In this document: piece after piece, positions 16,231-23,111 of the stretch
Layout of the letters: every line of letters begins with the position of its first letter
Position numbering within the stretch: the first letter of the stretch is position 1
Assembly: GCA_035571855.1 (NCBI GenBank)
Contig: DATNBT010000093.1
Coordinates: 1-33,093 of the forward strand
Length of the DNA stretch: 33,093 bases
Direction of reading: 5' to 3'
Source: Vicinamibacterales bacterium
GTDB taxonomy: Bacteria; Acidobacteriota; Vicinamibacteria; Vicinamibacterales; CAVVIG01
Program-made: the position numbers and the translations under genes
Notes under the pieces: model-generated
Seen by the model: the letters and a program-made list of their open reading frames with translations, nothing else
Database searches by the model: none
Told to the model about the DNA's origin: nothing

Positions 16231-16376
16231 GCCGGCTGATTCCGCAAGCCGTGTTCCGGCGCTCTATGTGATCGTTTGGACGTCTATGCCCGCGACGTCA
16301 GGGGGTGCGTGTCCTGTTGCAAATCACGGGATCACGCCATCGTCTTACAGATCTCGCTGCACTAGATTGCACGCGC

Positions 16377-17513
16377 CTATTTCGGATACACCGGCAGCGT
16401 GACGTGATCGCCGAACGTGGCCTTCAGTCCTTCGATGGCGCACGCCTCGTCGCCGCCGCCGCCCGCGCCGCCGCCGACGCCGATCGCGCCGATCATCTGG
16501 CCGTCCACGACGATCGGCAGCCCGCCGGCATTCGTGAAGAAGCCGAACTGCTCGATGTTCCGCGCCAGGCCGGCCGGGTTGTTGCGCGCCTGCGCGTTGT
16601 ACACCGACGTCGGCACGCGCGTCTTGAGCGACGTCTGCGCCTTCAGCAGCGCCGTGCGGATGTTGTTGAACACCTGTCCGTCCATGCGCTCCGCATGAAC
16701 CATCTCTCCGGCCGTGTCGAGGACGAAGAGCGACATGCCGCCGCCCTTCGCGGCCGAGAAGTCGCGGCACACGTTCGCGACCTTCTTCGCCGCGGCGAGC
16801 GAAATCTGATTGCCGTCGTACACGGTCGTTCCCGCTTTCGAGCTGACCACCCACTCCGGATTCGAGATGCTCGATTTCGGCGCCGTCGTGCTGGCGAACC
16901 GTGGCACCGGCGCCGGAGTGGCGGGAGGCGCGGGCTGCGGGTTCGGTAGATCCTCGACAAGCGGAGCGACGTTCGCGGCGCCGAGCACTTCCTGCATCGC
17001 CTTGTGCCCGCAGATTTCGTCGCTCCACACCGGCACGCGCGGCGCCGAGCCGCCGATGCCGATGACGCCGATCATCTGTTTGTTGATCACGACGGGCAGA
17101 CCGCCGGAATTCGGAAACATGCCGAGCTGGATTCGCTGGAGCTCCGCGTTCGGATCGCGGCGCACCTGGTTCATGACCAGCTTGCTCGAGCCGCGCTGCA
17201 TGAGCGCGGTGCGCGCCTTCATTTCCGCCGTGATGATGTTCAGGTAGCCCTGTCCGTCCATGCGGTCCATGTAGACGAAGTTGCCGTCGTCATCCAGCAC
17301 CGCGATGCTGATGCCGACGTTCTCCGCCGCGGCGAGCCGCTCGCACGCTTCCGAAATCCGCTGCGCCGTGTCCAGATTGATCGTGTTGAAATCCTGGATC
17401 TGCTCGGCCAGCTTGCCGCTGACGACGAACTGCGACGGGACGTTCTGCGCTGCGACGCCGGCGCCGAGCGCGAGGACGACCGCAGCAACCGCTCCCGTGA
17501 ACCGCGTACTCAT
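16377..17513 (-). CDS. Secreted protein with two tandem GlcG/HbpS-like (DUF336) domains
   Basis: Signal peptide MSTRFTGAVAAVVLALGAGVAAQ. Two copies of the DUF336 signature are present: NSGGLPVVINKQMIGVIGIGGS and NAGGLPIVVDGQMIGAIGVGGG. An AAGGAG SD lies 7 nt upstream of the ATG at 17513. The track start at 17531 contains that SD and is rejected. Confidence 0.85.
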   Translation of the reverse strand: MSTRFTGAVAAVVLALGAGVAAQNVPSQFVVSGKLAEQIQDFNTINLDTAQRISEACERLAAAENVGISIAVLDDDGNFVYMDRMDGQGYLNIITAEMKARTALMQRGSSKLVMNQVRRDPNAELQRIQLGMFPNSGGLPVVINKQMIGVIGIGGSAPRVPVWSDEICGHKAMQEVLGAANVAPLVEDLPNPQPAPPATPAPVPRFASTTAPKSSISNPEWVVSSKAGTTVYDGNQISLAAAKKVANVCRDFSAAKGGGMSLFVLDTAGEMVHAERMDGQVFNNIRTALLKAQTSLKTRVPTSVYNAQARNNPAGLARNIEQFGFFTNAGGLPIVVDGQMIGAIGVGGGAGGGGDEACAIEGLKATFGDHVTLPVYPK

Positions 17514-17532
17514 GTCTCTCTCCTTACACAAG

Positions 17533-17865
17533 TCAGCCGCCAGACCGTCTCGACATCAGCGCGGCAAGGTTTTCGGCGATCAGCTGAATGTCTCCGCGGA
17601 GCGATTCTCCGATGACGTCCATGTGCCGGCGAGATCGGACTTCTGCGTCTCGAATCTCGCCACGCAGCGTCGCACCCATCTGCTCGAGGTCCTCTTTGGT
17701 CGCGAAGGCCTTCAGGTCCTCCTTCGTCGCGAAGGCTTTCAGGTCCTCCTTCGTCGCGAAGGCCTTCAAGTCCTCCTTCGTCGCGAGGGTTGGCAGAATC
17801 TGCTCAACGCTCGACAGCCGGCGATCGAGATTATTGAAACGTTCCGAAATCACCTGGTCTTTCAT
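17533..17865 (-). CDS. Small coiled-coil protein with LATKEDL-type nonapeptide repeats (DUF1640-like)
   Basis: MKDQVISERFNNLDRRLSSVEQILPTLATKEDLKAFATKEDLKAFATKEDLKAFATKEDLEQM... A GGAG lies 8-11 nt upstream of the ATG at 17865. The gene ends 19 nt before the GlcG start. Confidence 0.7.
   Translation of the reverse strand: MKDQVISERFNNLDRRLSSVEQILPTLATKEDLKAFATKEDLKAFATKEDLKAFATKEDLEQMGATLRGEIRDAEVRSRRHMDVIGESLRGDIQLIAENLAALMSRRSGG
17689..17796 (-). repeat. Four tandem 27-nt in-frame repeats encoding ATKEDLKAF
   Basis: The units are 17689..17715, 17716..17742, 17743..17769 and 17770..17796. The first three differ by only a few substitutions, and the last diverges at its 3' end. Confidence 0.9.
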
Positions 17866-17960
17866 GCGCGTTTCTCCGAACGAATCGAGCGCGGCGTGCG
17901 GACCGCAATCGTAGCATCGTCGGACGAGCAACGCGCGTGCCGCAGCGTCGGCGGCGCAAT

Positions 17961-18764
17961 TTATTTGGGCGCGACGTCGAGGCGCACCACCATTTTCTCC
18001 AGCCCCGGCGCGGCGGCCGGATACTTCTCGACCACCGCCGGATCGTGGCCGGGGACGATGTGATCGAGCGAGTCGGCGAGCCGTTTAATGGTCGCGTAGC
18101 CTTCGACGACGTCGCCGACGCAGAACGTGACCGGAAACACGCGGCCTTCGTAGATGTGGCTGTAGAGATGCGTCGCGTCCGACGCGAGGACGACGTGACC
18201 GCGCTTCGTCTTCACGCGCACGCACTGCAGGCCCTTCGAATGACCGCCGATCTTGTGCAGCGTCACGCCTGGCACGAGCTGTTCGCTGCCGTCGTGGAAC
18301 TGCACGCGTCCCGCGAACACTTTTCCCAGCATCGCGGTCACGTCTTCCAGCTCGAACGGAATGCGCATCGTCGCGTGCGACATGTACCGCCCGGTCGCGT
18401 ACGCCATCTCGCCGTCCTGCAGGTGATACGTCGCCTTCGGAAACACGTCGTGGTTGCCGCAGTGGTCGTAGTGCAGGTGCGTGACGATGACGTCCTTCAC
18501 CTCGTCGGGCGTCACGCCGATCGACGCGAGGCCGTCGGCGATCGGTTTCACGATCGTGCGTCCGCGCTTCTTCGCCATCGCCGCGTCGAACCCGGTGTCC
18601 ACGACGAACGTGCCGTGCGGGCCGCGGATCACCCACACGAAGTACGCGAGCGGCTGCAGGATGTTGTGCGGGTCGCCGAAGAGAAAGTTTTCGGGAGAGT
18701 GCCGATCGTGGTGCGCGTAGCGGACGGCGAATACTTCGTGGACGTCGTTCATGGGATCAGACAT
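17961..18764 (-). CDS. MBL-fold metallo-hydrolase, N-acyl-homoserine-lactonase-like family
   Basis: Motifs VTHLHYDHCGN (HxHxDH), GGHSKG, LASDATH and VPGHDP. The track start at 18776 is a TTG. The ATG at 18764 overlaps the MaoC stop by 8 nt, and the ATG at 18752 (MNDVHEVFAVRYAHH) is an equally plausible alternative. Confidence 0.88.
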   Translation of the reverse strand: MSDPMNDVHEVFAVRYAHHDRHSPENFLFGDPHNILQPLAYFVWVIRGPHGTFVVDTGFDAAMAKKRGRTIVKPIADGLASIGVTPDEVKDVIVTHLHYDHCGNHDVFPKATYHLQDGEMAYATGRYMSHATMRIPFELEDVTAMLGKVFAGRVQFHDGSEQLVPGVTLHKIGGHSKGLQCVRVKTKRGHVVLASDATHLYSHIYEGRVFPVTFCVGDVVEGYATIKRLADSLDHIVPGHDPAVVEKYPAAAPGLEKMVVRLDVAPK

Positions 18765-19251
18765 TGGGCGTCGCAATCTTCGGCACGTGGCCGCGTTTGT
18801 AGATCATCACGGTCCGCTTGTATTCGATCACGACCGTGCCGTTCTGGTTGAAGCCGATCGTCTTGAACGTCACGATGCCGACGTTCGGCCGGGATTTGCT
18901 CTCGCGCTTCTCGAGGACTTCGCTGCGCGAGTAGATGGTGTCGCCTTCGAAGACGGGATTCGGCAGCCGGACGTCGTCCCAGCCGAGGTTCGCCATCGCG
19001 TTCTGCGAGATGTCGGTGACCGACTGCCCCGTCACGAGGGCCAGGGTGAACGTCGAGTCGACGAGCGGTTTGCCGAACTCCGTCTGCGACGCATAGTGCG
19101 CGTCGAAGTGCACCGGGTTGGTGTTCTGCGTGAGCAGCGTGAACCAGATGTTGTCGGCCGCGAGCACCGTCCGCCCGAGCGGATGCGGATAGACGTCGCC
19201 GACCTCGAAGTCTTCGTAACAGCGTCCGGTCCAGCCTTCTTTGACAGCCAT
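18757..19251 (-). CDS. MaoC-like (hot-dog fold) enoyl-CoA hydratase/dehydratase
   Basis: The 164-aa size is typical of single hot-dog hydratases. The hydratase-2-like motif is LLTQNTNPVHFDAHYA. Its ATG shares one base with the upstream MFS stop (TAATG). Confidence 0.88.
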   Translation of the reverse strand: MAVKEGWTGRCYEDFEVGDVYPHPLGRTVLAADNIWFTLLTQNTNPVHFDAHYASQTEFGKPLVDSTFTLALVTGQSVTDISQNAMANLGWDDVRLPNPVFEGDTIYSRSEVLEKRESKSRPNVGIVTFKTIGFNQNGTVVIEYKRTVMIYKRGHVPKIATPNV

Positions 19252-20498
19252 TAAGTGAGCGCCTGCCCTTTCGTCTCCGGGATGAAGAACCAGGTCGCCG
19301 CGCCGAGCACGAGCGCCGCGGCGGCCGTGCCGAACGCGACGCCGAAGCCGCGCGTCTGCGCGAGCGACCCGATCAGCAGCGGCGCGGCGGCGCTGGCGAC
19401 GCGACCAATATTAAAGGTGAAGCCGGTGGCCGCGGCACGGACCGACGTCGGATAGAGCTCGGCGATGGTCGCCCCGAAGCCGCTCATGTAGCCCGTGCCG
19501 AAGAACCCCACGAACGGGCCGAGCGCGAGCAGCAGGATCTTCGACTGCGTCGCGCCGTAGAGCAGCACGAGCGCGGCCGCCGACAGCAGATACGTCACGA
19601 AGCTCGGGCGCCGGCCGAATCGATCGGCCACGTAGCCGTACGTGACGTACCCGAGCCAGCCGCCGACGTTCATGACGATGAGGAGCGTGGCGACGGTGTT
19701 CGCGCTGAACCCGGCGCCGTGCTGAGCGCCGGGCAGCAGGAGATACGACGGGACCCAGAAATTGAACGCCCAGTACGCATACAACGTGCAGAGACTGAGG
19801 ACGACGATGGATGTGGTGATTCGGCGATAGGGGGCTCTGAAGATGAAGCCCAACCCCGAACCACGCGGACCTCTCGAACCTCGCGCTTTCCAGATGTCCG
19901 GCTCCTCGACGAACCGCTGAATCCACAACGTCGTCACCGCGGGAATGCCGCCGATCAGAAACATCGCGCGCCAGCCGTAGCGCGGCAGCACGACCGCGGC
20001 GAGCAGCGCCGCGCCGCCGTAGCCGAGCGCCCACGCGCTCTGCATCAGGCCGATCGCCTTGCCCCGGTGCGCGTCCGGCCAGCTCTCCGACACGAGCGCC
20101 GCGCCGCACGTCCACGCGCCGCCCATCCCGAGTCCGAGCAGGAATCTGAAGATCGCAAGCTGCCACACGGCGGTCGCCAGACCGCACGCCGCGGTGAAGA
20201 CCGAATACATGAGCACGCTGGCGATGATGCCCGTGCGCCGCCCGCGCCGATCCGCGATCGTGCCGAACAGCACGCCGCCGATCGCCGACGCCGCGAGGGT
20301 GAGCGATCCGAGCGCGCCGCCGATCGTTTTCGAGATGCCGAAGTCGGCGATCACCGCCGTCAGCACCATCGAATAGACCATGATGTCGAAGCCGTCGAAC
20401 ATCCAGCCCAGCGCGGCGGCCGCAAGTGCCCTCTTGCTCGATGCAGGCGCCGAGCGAAGCCATCCCAAACGGACCGGCGCTTGTCGTTCGACGTTCAT
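19251..20498 (-). CDS. MFS transporter
   Basis: About 12 hydrophobic segments. MFS signature GTIADRRGRR between TM2 and TM3. It is a paralog of the adjacent 20515..21765 product (GWMFDGFDIMVYS vs GWILDAFDYNILA; RFLLGLGMGGAW vs RALFGIGMGGMW). Confidence 0.9.
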   Translation of the reverse strand: MNVERQAPVRLGWLRSAPASSKRALAAAALGWMFDGFDIMVYSMVLTAVIADFGISKTIGGALGSLTLAASAIGGVLFGTIADRRGRRTGIIASVLMYSVFTAACGLATAVWQLAIFRFLLGLGMGGAWTCGAALVSESWPDAHRGKAIGLMQSAWALGYGGAALLAAVVLPRYGWRAMFLIGGIPAVTTLWIQRFVEEPDIWKARGSRGPRGSGLGFIFRAPYRRITTSIVVLSLCTLYAYWAFNFWVPSYLLLPGAQHGAGFSANTVATLLIVMNVGGWLGYVTYGYVADRFGRRPSFVTYLLSAAALVLLYGATQSKILLLALGPFVGFFGTGYMSGFGATIAELYPTSVRAAATGFTFNIGRVASAAAPLLIGSLAQTRGFGVAFGTAAAALVLGAATWFFIPETKGQALT

Positions 20499-20514
20499 CG
20501 TTCAGCGTTCAGTG

Positions 20515-21765
20515 TTACTGCGTGAGTTGCCTGCCGCGGGTTTCGGGACCGAGCCAGATGAACGCCGCCGAACAGGACAGCGCGACGGCGATCGGGATCG
20601 ACATCGCGTTGGCGAGGTTCATGCCGTTGTCGCGCATCGTGCCGATGAGGATCGGCATCAGCGATCCGATCGCCGCCGCGGCGTGATAGCAGAAACCGGG
20701 CCCCACGCCGCGCGCTTCGGTCGGATAGCGCTCGGTGACGTACGCCGGCGCCATGCCCCAGATGCCGCAGCCGAACGCGCCCATCATGAACGCGCCCAGG
20801 CCGAGCAGGGCCGGGTTCGCCGTGTGGAGATACAGCGGAATCGACGCGATGCCGAGGAGCGCCGTGATCGTCGTCGCGCCCCGTCGCCCGAGCCAGCCTT
20901 CGGAAATGCGCCCGAACGCCGCCACGCCGCCGATGGCGCCGAGGTTGAACGCGACGAGGTACGGCAGCGTCGGCCGTCCTTCGAGCCGCAGCAGCGTCGC
21001 GTACCACGTGCCGATCGAATAGAACGAACACATGAACGCGCCAATCACCGCCGTCGTCTGCACCGTCGTCCAGATCAGATCGCGCTGGAAGATCCGCAGG
21101 AACGAAAACTTCGGCTCGTTCGCGAACGCGCCCGGGTTCGCCTTGAGCTGGCGCTGACGCTCGAGCCAGACGGGACTCTCCTTCACCTTCGACGTCAGCC
21201 ACAGCGTGAGCAGGCCGGGCAGGATCGCGATCCAGAACATCGCGCGCCACGCGCGGTCGGGCGCGGTGTTGAAGATCGGATAGATGAACTGGAACGCGGC
21301 GGCCGCGAGGAGATATCCCCAGTACCAGCCGCCGAGCAGCAGGCCGGAGACCATCCCGCGCTTGTTCGTCGGCGTGTGCTCGATGACGAGCGGCATGCCG
21401 GCGGCCCACATCCCGCCCATGCCGATGCCGAACAGCGCGCGCAGCGCGAACAGCATCGTGTACGACTTCGAGAACCCGCTGAGGAACGCGAACAGCGAGA
21501 ACCACAGGATCGACAGCATCAGCGGCGTCTTGCGGCCGTACCGGTCGGCTGACGCGCCGGCGGCGACGCCGCCGATGAGGCGCATCACGAGCGTCACCGT
21601 CGCGAGCGCGCCGGCGAGCGCGCTGTCGACCGTGAAGCTTTTCTGGATGTCGAGCAGGATGATCGCGAGGATGTTGTAGTCGAACGCATCCAGGATCCAT
21701 CCGCTCATCGTGGCCCAGAAGGCCAGCCACTGATCGCGCCTGGACTGTGTTACTGCGACATCCAT
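20515..21765 (-). CDS. MFS transporter, tandem paralog
   Basis: The start is taken at MDVAVTQSRRDQWLAFWATMSGWILDAFDY (ATG 21765), which overlaps the hydrolase 3' end by 16 nt. MFS motif GASADRYGRK. The track extension to 22086 runs through the hydrolase gene and is rejected. Confidence 0.88.
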   Translation of the reverse strand: MDVAVTQSRRDQWLAFWATMSGWILDAFDYNILAIILLDIQKSFTVDSALAGALATVTLVMRLIGGVAAGASADRYGRKTPLMLSILWFSLFAFLSGFSKSYTMLFALRALFGIGMGGMWAAGMPLVIEHTPTNKRGMVSGLLLGGWYWGYLLAAAAFQFIYPIFNTAPDRAWRAMFWIAILPGLLTLWLTSKVKESPVWLERQRQLKANPGAFANEPKFSFLRIFQRDLIWTTVQTTAVIGAFMCSFYSIGTWYATLLRLEGRPTLPYLVAFNLGAIGGVAAFGRISEGWLGRRGATTITALLGIASIPLYLHTANPALLGLGAFMMGAFGCGIWGMAPAYVTERYPTEARGVGPGFCYHAAAAIGSLMPILIGTMRDNGMNLANAMSIPIAVALSCSAAFIWLGPETRGRQLTQ

Positions 21766-22589
21766 TCGAGCTCCGGGAGAAGGAAGTTCCGGAAGACCGG
21801 ATAGTTCTCGATCATCGGAAAGTGACCCATGCCCTCCATGATGACGAGCCGCGATCCGGGAATGGCTTTCGCGGCCGCGCGCGTCATGTCGGGCGTGCAG
21901 GAATAATCGAATTCGCCGGTGAGCAGCGACACCTTGCAGACCGTCGTGTCGATCTTCTTCAGATCGTCGCGGCCGTCCCAGTCGATGCTGTAGAAGTGGA
22001 CGTCGCCGGCATAGACGCCCGGCCCGGACTGACTGTAGTACCACCAGTTCTCGCGCGCGCTCTGCTCGGGACTCGACGGCGCGCACAGGCCGTAGGTGTA
22101 GCTCGCGACGAGCTCGCCGCCGTGAATCGCCGGGTGATGCAGGAACTGATTGAACCGTCCCGGCGCATACGCCGACGATTCAAGGCCGACGATGCCGCGG
22201 AGCTCGCGCTGAAAGTCGGCCGCGAGCTTGAGGACGATGGCGCCGCCCATCGAACAGCCCAGGACCACCGGCTTCTCCAGCTCGAGCGTCTTCCACACGG
22301 CGCGGATCTGCGCGACGTACTCCTTCGTCGTCAGCGAGTATTTCCGCAGCCACCACTGATCGGGCGGATTCGATCGCCCGTGATACGGCATGTCGAACGC
22401 GATGACGCGGTACTTCGACGTCACGGCCGCGTCGTTCAGCAGATGCCGGTACTGGCGGCTGTCCGCGCCGGCGGTGTGCAGGCACAGCAGCGGGATGCCC
22501 TGTCCGGCTTCTTCGACGAAGATGCGATAAGGATCGCCGTCCACGTCGATCTCGAAATACCTGCCGACAATCGGCTCGAATGTGGTCAC
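21750..22589 (-). CDS. Alpha/beta-fold hydrolase
   Basis: Nucleophile elbow VVLGCSMGGAIV (GxSxG). C-terminal GMGHFPMIE carries the probable catalytic His. The GTG start overlaps the upstream stop as GTGA (22586..22589). Confidence 0.88.
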   Translation of the reverse strand: MTTFEPIVGRYFEIDVDGDPYRIFVEEAGQGIPLLCLHTAGADSRQYRHLLNDAAVTSKYRVIAFDMPYHGRSNPPDQWWLRKYSLTTKEYVAQIRAVWKTLELEKPVVLGCSMGGAIVLKLAADFQRELRGIVGLESSAYAPGRFNQFLHHPAIHGGELVASYTYGLCAPSSPEQSARENWWYYSQSGPGVYAGDVHFYSIDWDGRDDLKKIDTTVCKVSLLTGEFDYSCTPDMTRAAAKAIPGSRLVIMEGMGHFPMIENYPVFRNFLLPELEWMSQ

Positions 22590-22972
22590 TGTCCCAGCGT
22601 CCGCATGACGTTCATGGCTCGATGCAGGGCCCGCGCGTTCTGCATGGCCGCGAGCGTGTCGCCTTCGAGCACGAATCCCGGCACGCGCATCAGCATCGCG
22701 AAGAAGTCGTGATACAGCGGCTCGGGCGACGGGCTGAAGAACTTCGACCAGATCTCCTCGCTCGCGCGGAAGCCGAACGCGCAGCGCACGTCGATCTTCG
22801 GCGACGTCATCGTTTCGACGAGCCTGCCTCTGTCGAAGCGGACGATGCAGCGGCGGTCGCCGCAGGTGAGGGAGAACGCCGTGGTGAACCAGTCGCCGAT
22901 GACCGACATCTCCGGGTCCGCGTTCACGCGGTCGCGGAATTGCGTGAGCCAGCTCTCGGTGAAGGCTTTCAT
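22586..22972 (-). CDS. SCP2 sterol-carrier-like small protein
   Basis: 128 aa. The C-terminal pattern RASEEIWSKFFS...FFAMLMRVPGFVLEGDTLAAMQNARAL resembles the SCP2 signature (sd.df..l..G.l....af..gklkieGd...a.kl). This is the first gene of the minus-strand operon. Confidence 0.65.
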   Translation of the reverse strand: MKAFTESWLTQFRDRVNADPEMSVIGDWFTTAFSLTCGDRRCIVRFDRGRLVETMTSPKIDVRCAFGFRASEEIWSKFFSPSPEPLYHDFFAMLMRVPGFVLEGDTLAAMQNARALHRAMNVMRTLGQ

Positions 22973-22997
22973 AAACTAAGTTGCCAATACTACTCGA

Positions 22998-23107
22998 TCA
23001 CGTACGAGCAGGACGTACGAGCCACTGAGCCACCGAGGACGCGAATGCCTTTGCATTTGTCTCTGTGCCTCCGTGGCTCGTACGTGGCGACGGTGACTCG
23101 TACGTGA
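22998..23107. promoter_or_regulatory. 110-nt nested palindrome with four CGTACGAG motifs in a divergent intergenic region
   Basis: The outer arms TCACGTACGAG (22998..23008) and CTCGTACGTGA (23097..23107) form a perfect 11 bp. The inner arms ACGTACGAGCCAC (23013..23025) and GTGGCTCGTACGT (23073..23085) form a perfect 13 bp. A central mini-palindrome AATGC-CTTT-GCATT lies at 23044..23057. The element sits between the starts at 22972 (-) and 23112 (+). Confidence 0.55.
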
Positions 23108-23111
23108 CACA

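Noticed and set aside
17689-17796. Possible CRISPR array, suggested by regularly spaced 27-nt repeats
   Set aside because: The units are directly adjacent with no spacers, lie in frame inside a coding sequence, and no cas genes are present. This is a coding tandem repeat.
22998-23107. MITE or other mobile element, suggested by the 110-nt inverted-repeat structure
   Set aside because: I could not see target-site duplications, there is no second copy in the window, and no transposase is nearby. I kept it as a regulatory or structural palindrome. A genome-wide copy count would be needed to revisit this.
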